In this document: piece after piece, positions 1 to 9,216 of the stretch
How the letters are laid out: every line of letters begins with the position of its first letter
How positions within the stretch are numbered: the stretch's first letter is position 1
Virus genome (UHGV): UHGV-1543656
Reading direction: 5' to 3' (one strand)
DNA from: a virus
DNA: 25,891 bases
Translations under genes and position numbers: made by a program
The notes under the pieces: model-generated
The model's database searches: none
Told to the model about the DNA's origin: nothing
The model's input: the letters and a program-made list of their open reading frames with translations, nothing else

Positions 1-52
1 ACAAACTCCCTTTAAAATGGCCGATGGCACCTGTCTATGATAGGTGGCAAAT

Positions 53-403
53 TCAGAAAAGAGAAGATTGCTGTGGAATAGCCGGAACTGCTCCGATCTC
101 TGGAAGCGTTTTACGTAAGTCTTCCCACAGGGTATGTACCAGTTCCGGGGCCTGGGCAATATCTGGCGTATGTAAAAAAAGATAAGGCGTAGTGGTCTGA
201 TGCCACTGTGCTAATTTTTGTAACCAGACCTGAAATAACTCCCGGTTTTGCGTCATATCATCACTACCGATAAAACGGATCAGTGGATTTTTCGCCGTCA
301 GTACAGCATGTACCGGAACTTTAGGTTTTTTTCGTTGAGCGTCGCGAATAGCTTCACTGTGTGGACGTGCTGCATGAACCGGGCGGCTGTCTAAAATCAT
401 CAA
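53..403 (-). pseudogene. yecE: 3' (C-terminal) fragment of a host DUF72-family gene, separated from its 5' part by the ~11.2 kb insertion
   Basis: Track ORF 53..403. Same strand as the 11579..11980 fragment. Joining the two across the AAAATCA core gives an in-frame read VNRVI-LDSRPVH. DUF72/yecE assignment is from memory of the VEGNTT-YALP motif and of yecE as a known lambdoid/Stx phage integration site; not searched. Confidence 0.6.
393..399. repeat. attL core (AAAATCA) of the serine-integrase element
   Basis: Junction read gtctAAAATCAtcaagg: host sequence to the left, element sequence to the right. Confidence 0.6.
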
Positions 404-415
404 GGTCTAAATACA

Positions 416-438
416 CTATGAGGTTGATTCCTAGAACA
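416..438. repeat. 23-bp repeat ctatgaggttgattcctagaaca, copy 1 (abuts attL)
   Basis: Its perfect reverse complement is at 767-789 and a degenerate third copy at 1173-1204. Confidence 0.7.
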
Positions 439-754
439 TACCTGTTAATAACAGGACATAAACAGGTTAGTACCTATGCAATTTAACGGTGTATTTATGC
501 GCTATCTATGCAATTCTACACAGATTCTATGCAGTATCAGTATAGTCTCTTTTTACCCTAACTTATTGAAATATATAGAGAATCTGTGAAGTCTCTTTTC
601 AGGGTAAACTGTATCGTGTTAGTCGTCCCTCTCTCGACTCCTAGAAAAGTGCTATATACAGGAGTATATAACGCTATTCATGCAGTTGGTCACCATACGT
701 TACAGTTGCAAGAGATAACAATCAGCTACGTGAAAGTTAGAAAGTGATGGTTAC

Positions 755-789
755 AGTTGATTCGGTTGTTCTAGGAATCAACCTCATAG
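755..789. repeat. Inverted copy of the 23-bp repeat, extended 5' by agttgattcggtt
   Basis: tgttctaggaatcaacctcatag is the exact reverse complement of 416-438. The related copy at 1173-1204 shares both ends (agttgattcggtt ... aacctcatag). Confidence 0.7.
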
Positions 790-1519
790 TTACCTTGTCA
801 AATCTTCGTAGTCCCTTCTTAAAAAATCACTTACAGACACCTTAATATCTATACAGATTTCATGTAGAACACGATTAGTGCGTAAAACAGCTATTATGTT
901 AAAAACGTACTGTATATGTATCAGTACTGATTTATAAGGGTTTTATGTATTTGAAGATAAGAGGCTATACAGCACCTTGAGAGCATGTCTTGTAAGTCAT
1001 TGATACATAAGGTCACAGAAGTTTGTGTCTGTTAAAGAGAAAACTGGGGAGGACTTCACAGGACTATAAAATGTTACAGCTATTGATAGGTTAAATCTTC
1101 TTGATAGATGCTGTGAAATGTGATGAAGGTTTTTTTGAGGTGGAGCTAACAGATGCTATGAAGAAAGTCAATAGTTGATTCGGTTTATCGAATAAACCTC
1201 ATAGATATTTTAAAATTCTGCAAAGGGGGTCACATAGCTGGTGTGACGGGTACTTAGCAGCTACAGACATCTGTCAGATATTTTCGAAGTTTTTTAGAAG
1301 GGGAATTTGAAGAGGGGCTACTACGATTTTATAAAAATTTTCAGAGTCTGAAAAGTTACTGTACAGATTTAATACAGATATCTTTAAAGTATCTGTAAAA
1401 ACTTTTAAGATAAAAGATAGATATCCCAGAAAGGATATCCGTTTAAAAAACCTGTTAAGTATCTCTTAAAAGAGAGTAAACCTTGTCAAGAGTGATTGCA
1501 ATAAAAAATTTTATTTCTT

Positions 1520-2182
1520 ATGTCAATTGAGCATATTTTAATCGGGAAGCATCATGGTGGTTCTGATGACTGGCGTACACCGTATCGTTTATTTCGTAAC
1601 CTGCATCGTGAATTTGGTTTTTCGATGGATGGTGCTGCAACTAAGCATGACGCATTGCTACCACGGTTCACCGATGATATCCACAATCAGTCATGGGTTG
1701 GTGAAAAGGTATTCTGTAACCCACCATACAGCGATATTCCGTCGTTCCTCTTAAAAGCGTCTGAATCAGATTTAGCGGTATTCCTGATACCGTACCGACC
1801 CCACACCACATACTGGCTTAAGCACATCTTCACAAACCCGCTTTGCCATGAAATCCGTATTCTTCATCGCGCAGTTAAATACCTTCCACCAGCAGGGCAT
1901 AACGGGCTTACTACTAGGTCACCGTTTGCTGCTGCAGTCGTTGTTTTTAAAAAAGAATCACGCAGGCATGAAATTACGCAGATGGTTTGCTGTGCTGACA
2001 CGCTATTACCGTTAACCATCATTAACCGTGGTGGACTAAGAGGAAGACCCACCATTTACCCACCTGAGACGCTCGACAGCTTCATAAAGCTATACAGGCA
2101 AGGAAAACCCATTAAGTGCATTGCAGATGCTCTCAGAATGCCTCTGAGCACGTCATACAGGATTGCTCAAAGGTTGGGCTAA
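1520..2182 (+). CDS. Phage-type N6-adenine DNA methyltransferase (Dam family) with C-terminal HTH
   Basis: DDWRTPYRLF...EFGFSMDGAAT...ALLPRF...FCNPPYS matches the catalytic NPPY motif and the upstream pattern of phage Dam methyltransferases. C-terminus IKCIADALRMPLSTSYRIAQRL looks like a resolvase-type HTH. Confidence 0.75.
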   Translation: MSIEHILIGKHHGGSDDWRTPYRLFRNLHREFGFSMDGAATKHDALLPRFTDDIHNQSWVGEKVFCNPPYSDIPSFLLKASESDLAVFLIPYRPHTTYWLKHIFTNPLCHEIRILHRAVKYLPPAGHNGLTTRSPFAAAVVVFKKESRRHEITQMVCCADTLLPLTIINRGGLRGRPTIYPPETLDSFIKLYRQGKPIKCIADALRMPLSTSYRIAQRLG

Positions 2183-2565
2183 AATTCTCATAAATATGGT
2201 CATTTACAAGACAGGCGATTCAGATATTAAGAAGTATTCCTGTGAACAATAAATGACCAATCAGTAATTATTCTGTGAAATAATTGTTGCAATTTATAAT
2301 CACACATGGTATAGTTTCATAGTGGGCTGATAAAAGAACTCAGAACATTAAGAGGTTACAACGTTGGGAGGCGTCAGGGTATTGACGGATTTTCACGGCC
2401 TCTTATTCAATCAAGGCTTTTCCTTTTGCTGTTAATACTCGCGTAATCACTTAGATTTCTGGGTTCCTTTATCAGTCCATCTTCTAATTAATTCACTCCC
2501 TCTGGGGTTGGTCACTATACGTGGTCAGCCCTTTCTTTGTTTTATTTTTAAAAAGGAAAATATAA

Positions 2566-3527
2566 TGGAAAAATTTCACATGTTTGATGACCGTATTTAT
2601 CAGATGACTAATGGCGTTAAAGCTGCCGACCGTATTATTTACACTGTCATGTTGAATGAACAAAAGTTTTATCACGATAAGGGGCAATATTATACCCCTT
2701 CATATGCTCATCTTGGTCAGTATGCTGGAATCACAAGAACATCCGTGATTGCATGTATGAAACGACTTGAGGCACATGGTTTAATCAAGAAAACTAACGT
2801 TGCAAGCAATCAGTGTGTTATTAAAGTTTATTCACTTGATGAAGTACCGGAAGTTTTAACAGAGCTTACAGCTAAGGAAGCCAGAAAGGCAAAGCTGGAG
2901 TCTAAAGTTACTCAGTCAGTCAAGAAAGATGACCCACTGAGTCAAAATTCTTTACCCACTGAGTTAAAATTTTTTACTCAGTCAGTCAAAATCTTTGACA
3001 CGTATAATAACAGTAATAACAAGAAAGAACTTATTAATAACAATAAAGAAGATGACTTTGAAGAAGAATCTCTTAAGAAGGGAGCTTCGCTCTGTGATTC
3101 ACATGAATGTGATTCTCTTGATATTGAAGAGGCTATTAAAGAGACTGTTAAAACATCTGACTTAGATGACCTTGATAGTGAAGCTACTAAAGAGGCTGTT
3201 AAAAAGGAAGATAAAATCTCTGATGTGAATGAAGTTAGTGACCAGCAAGATACACCTTGCCGCCTCGAATCAACTGATGATGAATTACCGGATGTTGACC
3301 TTGATGATGAAGAAGACCCTGAAGAGGAATTGAAACGTGAACAGCGTAAAGCAGAAATTAAAGAAAGATTCAGAAAGGCTAAGCTAAAGAACAGAATTGA
3401 TGAACTTGATGACTTTGATGATAGTGACGATGATGACTTTTCTTTCACACCAAAAAAGAAAACCCACACTGAACCGAAGAAAGAAAAAGTGAAAGTAAGA
3501 CGTATTTATGCTGGAGGTATGCGCTAA
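2566..3527 (+). CDS. Winged-helix DNA-binding protein (replication-initiator or regulator-like) with long acidic low-complexity C-terminal region
   Basis: Track ORF 2508..3527; start moved to the in-frame ATG at 2566 (MEKFHMF), which has an AAGGA-like RBS. N-terminus ...AGITRTSVIACMKRLEAHGLIKK resembles a wHTH. C-terminal ~180 aa are D/E-rich with K-rich stretches. Confidence 0.45.
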
Positions 3528-3817
3528 TGAAAGAATTTCACGGTGAAAAACGATACAAAGATTACCTGTTAAAGCGTTACAGCATTTCTCGTGAGGGTCA
3601 CCTTATGAAGGATACTTATGGGGAGGTTTACCGGATTCGACCGAAGAAAGAAGGGAGGGATTATTATTTCGTCGATGGTGTGACAGATTTAAAGATTGAC
3701 GCTTTGAGGTTTGCAGTGCTGTATCATTATGATATCTGGGATTCAGTCCACCAGCTACGATTAAAAGACGGTGACCCCGGTAATCTGAGGGCCACCAATA
3801 TCATCACAAAACGTTAG
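3527..3817 (+). CDS. Hypothetical protein, possibly HNH_3-like nuclease fold
   Basis: Start overlaps the upstream stop, suggesting translational coupling. YYFVDGV...VHQLRLKDGDPGNLRATN weakly resembles the HNH_3 / NUMOD-type pattern. Low certainty. Confidence 0.35.
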   Translation: MKEFHGEKRYKDYLLKRYSISREGHLMKDTYGEVYRIRPKKEGRDYYFVDGVTDLKIDALRFAVLYHYDIWDSVHQLRLKDGDPGNLRATNIITKR

Positions 3818-4071
3818 TTTGTTTTACCATCATCAATCGTAATTGTGATTTCATATTTGAAAAGCTTAATGCTGAAATTGAATCGTGTACTTTTGGCGAT
3901 AATCATTTTTAAAAGCTGATACACCAGAAGCACCAGAAACACAAAGCAACCTAAGCTTGCGAATCTGTGAGATTCAGCAATTGTTTCAAGAAAACCCATT
4001 AACTCCCCTTATTTATCAAAGGGAATGACCTGTATCAGCCCCTATAACCATATTAACATGTAAATGAGTTG

Positions 4072-4100
4072 TTGACAATATGTTAAATATATGTTAAGAT
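4072..4100 (+). promoter_or_regulatory. Sigma70-like promoter with a direct-repeat operator in the spacer
   Basis: TTGACA (4072-4077), 17-nt spacer, TAAGAT (4095-4100). The spacer carries the direct repeat atatgttaa / atatgttaa. Followed by RBS TAAGGAG (4121-4127) and ATG at 4136. Confidence 0.5.
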
Positions 4101-4135
4101 TGTAGTATGAGTAAGAGATTTAAGGAGATTTTACA

Positions 4136-4426
4136 ATGACTCACACAGTTACACGCCTTTTGCCAGAGGCATTTGAACGACTGGCAGCAATCAAAGCTAA
4201 ATATCCCGATATGAAGCACACAGCGCTTGTTGGAGAGCTTTTAAAAGAGTCGGTATCCCTGACCCCTTTCGATAACGTTAAGGGTGTTGCAGAGGGTTCT
4301 AAGGCCATCAGAATCACAACGGGCCAACTGGAACTACTCAAAGCACAGTCCGCAGTAGCAGGTTGCTCAATGATTCAGGTGTTGAGTGCTAAGGTCCATC
4401 AACTGGCGGATAAATTGGAGGTTTAA
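4136..4426 (+). CDS. Small regulator, ribbon-helix-helix-like
   Basis: Strong SD TAAGGAG. N-terminus TRLLPEAFERLAAIKAKYPDMKHTALVGELLKESV fits the beta-strand plus two helices pattern of RHH (CopG/Arc) proteins. Confidence 0.45.
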   Translation: MTHTVTRLLPEAFERLAAIKAKYPDMKHTALVGELLKESVSLTPFDNVKGVAEGSKAIRITTGQLELLKAQSAVAGCSMIQVLSAKVHQLADKLEV

Positions 4427-4647
4427 TGTGTTACAGGTTCCAATATTCCACACTTGGCAGCCACCTAATCAGACAGAATTTAGCAGATGCTGAATTTGAA
4501 GATGTGACCCTCAAAGCAAACAAACGATTAAAACCCTCTCAAATCCACCAGCTTAAACACGAATTAAAGCCACTGGTAATACTCGACTATAACGACCCTG
4601 AACAGCTTGAGCAGGGAATTAAGCTTATTTCTGAATGGGGTGCTTGA
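4426..4647 (+). CDS. Hypothetical protein
   Basis: ATG overlaps the upstream stop (TAATG); GGAGG sits 4 nt upstream. Confidence 0.5.
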   Translation: MCYRFQYSTLGSHLIRQNLADAEFEDVTLKANKRLKPSQIHQLKHELKPLVILDYNDPEQLEQGIKLISEWGA

Positions 4648-4862
4648 TGAAAACTATCACAGTACAACTTCAGACTAATAAAGCATTTCGTTATTTTGAA
4701 AACTTGCTTGAGTTATACGAAGGATGGGGAAGCATCCACGGCAAAGATGATATCTATCTTCACTTGTCAGCCCCTAACTATTCTCTGAAGGCTCCGGTTA
4801 AGCAAAGCTGGTTAAAAGACTACGGTCACCAGATGGGGCTATTAGTCTCAGACTTGAGCTAA
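4647..4862 (+). CDS. Hypothetical protein
   Basis: Track ORF 4635..4862; start moved to the in-frame ATG at about 4647 (MKTITVQ), where the start and the upstream stop overlap. Confidence 0.45.
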   Translation: MKTITVQLQTNKAFRYFENLLELYEGWGSIHGKDDIYLHLSAPNYSLKAPVKQSWLKDYGHQMGLLVSDLS

Positions 4863-5008
4863 AAACAGTAAAACATATCTCTCAGGCTTTACCAGACGAA
4901 TTCTAAGCGATTTTAAGCCCCTAATCAGGGTAACTTAGGGAATCGCCTTAAGTGGTCTAAAAAAGGGGTTAAAACGTCTTAGAATGCGATACAGGAAGGA
5001 TTTTAAAA

Positions 5009-5314
5009 ATGAATTATTCAATGCAAGTTATGGTTGACCAAGAAACTATGAATTGGCTTAATGACCTGAACAGGTCGGGCTTTAATATCTATTTCATGCA
5101 TTGTTTTGAAGCGTCAACGTATATTGACAAGCATATAATCAACGAAATTAAACTTGGTGACTTTGTTCATAAACTGGAAGTAACAGACCCAGACTACAAG
5201 AGATTTATCACAAGCGAATGCAACCGACTTGATTTAAGCCCGGAGCAATTATTGAAGCTGAATGTATTCTTGACCTATCAGAATGAATTAAACCCTTACA
5301 GTGAGGTGATGTAA
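5009..5314 (+). CDS. Hypothetical protein
   Basis: Track ORF with GGAAGGA-like RBS upstream. Confidence 0.5.
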   Translation: MNYSMQVMVDQETMNWLNDLNRSGFNIYFMHCFEASTYIDKHIINEIKLGDFVHKLEVTDPDYKRFITSECNRLDLSPEQLLKLNVFLTYQNELNPYSEVM

Positions 5315-5391
5315 TGACACTCGTTATTCTCTGGACGGTTTTAGGGCTATTTGTTGGTTGCTGGGTAGGTAATACGGTAAATAAGAATTAA
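5314..5391 (+). CDS. 25-aa hydrophobic peptide (MTLVILWTVLGLFVGCWVGNTVNKN), small membrane peptide
   Basis: Below the track length cut-off. ATG overlaps the upstream stop (TAATG) and has a GAGGTGA RBS 4 nt upstream. One predicted transmembrane helix with a polar tail. Confidence 0.45.
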   Translation: MTLVILWTVLGLFVGCWVGNTVNKN

Positions 5392-5415
5392 TGTTACCAA
5401 TCTGTTAAAAAGCTG

Positions 5416-5444
5416 TTGACAAATAACCTTAAGCATGACATAAT
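5416..5444 (+). promoter_or_regulatory. Sigma70-like promoter (TTGACA-17-CATAAT)
   Basis: TTGACA at 5416-5421 and CATAAT at 5439-5444 with a 17-nt spacer. Confidence 0.4.
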
Positions 5445-5450
5445 TTTAAT

Positions 5451-5645
5451 TATAGAGAGAATTGCTCTCTTATTTCTTTCAACAATTCCATCTACATCTA
5501 GGGATAGTTATTCTGAAAGGTGCAATGCTTTTCGCTACATGGCCTCTTATATAACCTGAGAGGTCATCTCGAAAAGTGCTTAATCATTCATTCATTGAAC
5601 CCTTTACAGCTTTGCCCTAATCATGATTAGGGCTTTCTTTAAGAG
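5451..5645 (+). ncRNA. Candidate small non-coding RNA, promoter to terminator with no ORF
   Basis: Starts just downstream of the promoter above. 5' hairpin agagag-aattg-ctctct at 5454-5470. Ends at the terminator 5614-5640. Longest internal ORF is under 10 codons. Confidence 0.25.
5614..5640 (+). terminator. Rho-independent terminator
   Basis: Perfect 20-bp palindrome gccctaatca/tgattagggc followed by TTTCTTT. Confidence 0.65.
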
Positions 5646-5886
5646 TTTTTAAACAGAACTTTTAAAGAAAGTTTTTCCTGAAACTTCGTTAACGTTATAA
5701 AGCAAACCTCCAAAGCCCTTCACAGATAAGGATGATTCCATGAATATCCGAATCACCTATGTTTAGGGCTTTTTCAGCTTTTAAAAAGCATACTTGGCAA
5801 ACCGCCTTTTAAGTCTCTTCTAAGTTTAGATAGGCTGTCAGGTGTGCTTTTTAAAAACTGAATATTACTTAGAAGAGGAAAATGAA

Positions 5887-6594
5887 ATGGAAAATCTATA
5901 TATTAACGGTAAAAAGATTGATAGCTTCGGTGACTGGTCACCACAGACTGAACATCCAGCTATCGCTATTCAGCGCAAAGAGCACGATGAAAGAATTGCA
6001 CTTGAGCAAGAGTTAAAGATGTCACCAAAGGAAATCATCTTTGTGACTCCTGAACCTCAAGAGATGCCTGATGTATGCAAAACTGAATCATTACTTGAGC
6101 TTGAGCGTGAATATTACCCACTACTGAAAGCACAAAGAATTAAACTTGATATTGCTTACGATGCGGTTAAGAACTTCGAAGAAACCTCGAAACCTTCAGA
6201 ATATGATATTGCTTACGAGATTAAGTCAAACCCGTTTATCTATTATGAAGGAAACTTTAATGATGGTTTTGGTACAGCGATTGAAGACGTTCCTAAAGTT
6301 CTTCAAAGTATCCCTGAAGGGTTCCGGTTAATTGATGTCAGACAAGCATTAAGGGGTTCTGGTCAATTTATTTTGACGACTGATAAAACAGATGAAGAGA
6401 TTCTTCAGTTAGCTGAAGCTAATTTGACTAAGCATTATTCCGGTAAACTGGATAAGTTAAAGCAAAAGCTTAAAAAAGAACTTGATAGCATGAAAGCGAT
6501 TATTAGTGACTATGAAACGCAGAAGAAGGTTGCTATGCAGGCTGATATTGAGCAGTTAACGAAGATTTCTCAGAAATACAGCAAAGCACTTTGA
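5887..6594 (+). CDS. Hypothetical protein
   Basis: Track ORF 5842..6594; start moved to the ATG at 5887 (MENLYING), which has an AGAGGAAA RBS. Confidence 0.55.
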   Translation: MENLYINGKKIDSFGDWSPQTEHPAIAIQRKEHDERIALEQELKMSPKEIIFVTPEPQEMPDVCKTESLLELEREYYPLLKAQRIKLDIAYDAVKNFEETSKPSEYDIAYEIKSNPFIYYEGNFNDGFGTAIEDVPKVLQSIPEGFRLIDVRQALRGSGQFILTTDKTDEEILQLAEANLTKHYSGKLDKLKQKLKKELDSMKAIISDYETQKKVAMQADIEQLTKISQKYSKAL

Positions 6595-6617
6595 TTATGA
6601 ATTAAAAGAGGTGATTA

Positions 6618-6827
6618 ATGTTTGAAGAACGTTTAGAGACTATTCGGTCTGTTTGTGAAAACTTAAAGTTACAAACTAAGCCAGCCTTAAGAATTAAAAC
6701 CAAACATCAAATTATCACCTCACGCAAACCAAAAACACGCAAGATTCCAAAGTGGTGTATCGACCGTATCCCTTCCGATGCTCAAATTATAGGTGAAACG
6801 GAACTACATTATCTTGTCAGGCATTAA
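6618..6827 (+). CDS. Small basic hypothetical protein
   Basis: Strong RBS AGAGGTGA just upstream of the ATG. Confidence 0.5.
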   Translation: MFEERLETIRSVCENLKLQTKPALRIKTKHQIITSRKPKTRKIPKWCIDRIPSDAQIIGETELHYLVRH

Positions 6828-6876
6828 AAAAGATTGGTTGGGTGTATGAGATAGGTTCTATCGAATCTATAACACG

Positions 6877-6918
6877 GGGAGAGATTATCGATATTATTCG
6901 GTAGTTTCTCCCTTTTTT
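6877..6918 (+). terminator. Terminator-like hairpin followed by a T6 run
   Basis: gggaga ... tctccc then tttttt. The loop is long, so this is uncertain. Confidence 0.35.
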
Positions 6919-6925
6919 GTATGTG

Positions 6926-6996
6926 TGCTACGTGAAATCTTCTGAACAGATATACCCACCAAAAATTATTTTTTACGTAGCTCACGCTTAACAGAG
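6926..6996 (+). promoter_or_regulatory. Conserved 71-nt cis-element, copy A, upstream of the tape-measure-domain gene
   Basis: Terminal blocks tgctacgtgaaatct and cacgcttaacagag are identical to copy B at 9071-9141, with the same 57-nt offset between blocks. Internal blocks atacccac and ttacgta are shared. Confidence 0.55.
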
Positions 6997-7010
6997 GTGA
7001 AATATGAACA

Positions 7011-9059
7011 ATGGCACAATTTAAAGTTGATAGTTTTATCGTTGAGCTAGGCTTCAGCGAGAACGTTATTAAGGGCTTGCAAAGAGTTGAAAAGGCAGCT
7101 TTGCAGTCAGCACAAAGAATTGAACGTAATTTGAATAGAGCGTTTAAGGTCGATACCAAGCAACTTGACAGCAATCTGACAAGTTCTTTAGGGCAACTTG
7201 AAAGGAAGTTTAATAAGACCTTTGACAAGATTGAGCAGCGTCTTAAAAACACTAGAGCGTTTAAGATTAAAACGGAAATTGAGGATACTTTAAAGCCACT
7301 TAGACAGCCAAGACAGCCACGAATTAGCGGCAACAGAGCAATCACAGCGGCTTATTCAGCGAATATGTCTAAGCTGAAAGGTCTTAACCCAATTGTCGAG
7401 AAATACATTAAGAGTCAGTTTTACGCATTAAGTAGTAAATCCAAGACACTTGGAAACGAAGCTTTTAATCGTGAGTTAGCAAAGTTAAATCAAAATCTAC
7501 GTGAAACACTTTCTAAGTTTAACAAGACCACCAGCAAAAATAATCACAGTGAAAATGCTTCAAATGGTTTAGATGTACTAGCTTCAAGTGCAATTAAAGC
7601 GGGTACGGCTATTTACACTTTTCAAAGTGCTTTGGCAGCTTATCAGCGAGTAATGGAAATTGGTTTACAGCGTGCAAGTGCTGAACGTTCAATTGATTTC
7701 GTATTTGATAAAGATGCAGGTCAGGTAAAAGAGTTCACAAAGTCATTAGCTCAAACAACGGGTTTAGATATCGCTGAACTGCAATCACAGTTTGCTGGTT
7801 TCGGTGCTTCAGCTAAAGAGTCTATGGGTATTCAAGGTTCTGAAGAACTTTTTAGAAGTATGATTGGCTATTCTCGTCTGATGGGTCGAAGTGAAGAAGA
7901 GATTAAGCGAGCACTGACAGCATTATCACAGATGGCTGGTAAGGGTCAGGTTATGGCTGAAGAGCTTAAGGGGCAACTAGCTGAAGCTGTTCCTGGTATG
8001 GTTCAGGTATTCGCTAAAGCAACCGGAAAGACTGAACAGGAATTATTTGATGCCATGAAGAAGGGGGCTTTAAAATCTGCCGATACTCTTCAGAAGGTCA
8101 CTCAGGAACTGAATAGACAAATCACCGCTAAAGGTGGCTGGAAAGCTATTTCAGAAAGTACACAGGCACAATTAGGGAACCTGAAAAACTCTTGGAATAC
8201 CACGCTTGATAGTATCTTCAGAGGTTCTGAAAGTGGTCTGCAAGATTTTACAAGAAGCTTAACAACGCTTTTAAACGCTCTTGGTGGAAGTGGTAAAAGT
8301 CTTGGTGAATCTCTTGGTAGCTTGATGACTGATATGTCACATGGTGTCGATAGTCTGGCCGATATTAGTTACAAGGTGCGAGCGTTCTTTGATGAGGTGA
8401 CATTAGCTTATCGTGGTTTAACCGATGAACAAAAGAAAGTTGTTGATGCTTTAGGTTCTGGCTTGATTAATAGTTTAAAAGTCTTGGCTGGTGTTATTGC
8501 TGTAAATAAAGTTGTTGGTGTAACCAGAAGTATTTACGGGCTTATGACTGCTATCACAAGATTAGGTCAGGTTGCTGATACTACAGCGGATAACGTGAAT
8601 AGAAAGAATGGGAAACCATCAAGACTGAATCTTGGGAATATGCTATTAGCTGGTAGCGCTCTCTATGCAGGTTATGAAAGACTAGCCTCTACACCTGAAC
8701 GAATGGAAGCACAAGCTAAATTACCAGAGTTAGCTAAAGAATCTGGACTTAAGCCAGTATTTACTATGGACGATGTGAAAGGTTGGTTTAATAGTGCAGC
8801 TATGAATCTTGCTAACTTCCAGCATCCAGAATTAATCACCATGAGACAAGATGCGGCATTAACGAATACGGATATCCAAAGCCTGAGAGATGAAATTAGT
8901 GCTTTGAGCAAACGTATTCAGGAGCCTGTGAAAGTTTCACTTGGTGGTGAAGTTGCCATTAAACCAGATGAAACCAGCTTTATGACCTTTAGCAGTAATA
9001 TCTACGACCAATACGCAGAAGCTACGCTATTAAGTTCATCATTCCCAGAAGATGATTGA
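7011..9059 (+). CDS. Protein with phage tail tape-measure-type domain
   Basis: 682 aa. Central segment SEEEIKRALTALSQMAGKGQVMAEELKGQLAEAVPGMVQVFAKATGKTEQELFDAMKKGALKSADTLQKV matches the tape-measure domain signature as I recall it. N-terminal part is predicted coiled coil. Confidence 0.55.
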   Translation: MAQFKVDSFIVELGFSENVIKGLQRVEKAALQSAQRIERNLNRAFKVDTKQLDSNLTSSLGQLERKFNKTFDKIEQRLKNTRAFKIKTEIEDTLKPLRQPRQPRISGNRAITAAYSANMSKLKGLNPIVEKYIKSQFYALSSKSKTLGNEAFNRELAKLNQNLRETLSKFNKTTSKNNHSENASNGLDVLASSAIKAGTAIYTFQSALAAYQRVMEIGLQRASAERSIDFVFDKDAGQVKEFTKSLAQTTGLDIAELQSQFAGFGASAKESMGIQGSEELFRSMIGYSRLMGRSEEEIKRALTALSQMAGKGQVMAEELKGQLAEAVPGMVQVFAKATGKTEQELFDAMKKGALKSADTLQKVTQELNRQITAKGGWKAISESTQAQLGNLKNSWNTTLDSIFRGSESGLQDFTRSLTTLLNALGGSGKSLGESLGSLMTDMSHGVDSLADISYKVRAFFDEVTLAYRGLTDEQKKVVDALGSGLINSLKVLAGVIAVNKVVGVTRSIYGLMTAITRLGQVADTTADNVNRKNGKPSRLNLGNMLLAGSALYAGYERLASTPERMEAQAKLPELAKESGLKPVFTMDDVKGWFNSAAMNLANFQHPELITMRQDAALTNTDIQSLRDEISALSKRIQEPVKVSLGGEVAIKPDETSFMTFSSNIYDQYAEATLLSSSFPEDD

Positions 9060-9070
9060 TAATAGTCGAA

Positions 9071-9141
9071 TGCTACGTGAAATCTGTAAAGCTAATACCC
9101 ACACTGAAAAATAGAATTTACGTACAACACGCTTAACAGAG
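9071..9141 (+). promoter_or_regulatory. Conserved 71-nt cis-element, copy B, upstream of the 264-aa gene
   Basis: See copy A. The 11-mer GCTACGTGAAA also occurs at 726-736. Confidence 0.55.
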
Positions 9142-9216
9142 AAAACACTTATATATCAAAGGCTTGGTTAAAAATGATTAAAATACACTAAGCCTTTGAA
9201 ATCAAAGGGGAATTTA

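Noticed and set aside
404-1519. CRISPR array
   Set aside because: The repeats are of different kinds, include inverted copies and are irregularly spaced, with no uniform repeat-spacer periodicity.
2978-3469. 163-aa minus-strand ORF rich in Ser
   Set aside because: It is the antisense reading of the acidic repeat region of the Rep-like gene, a low-complexity artefact.
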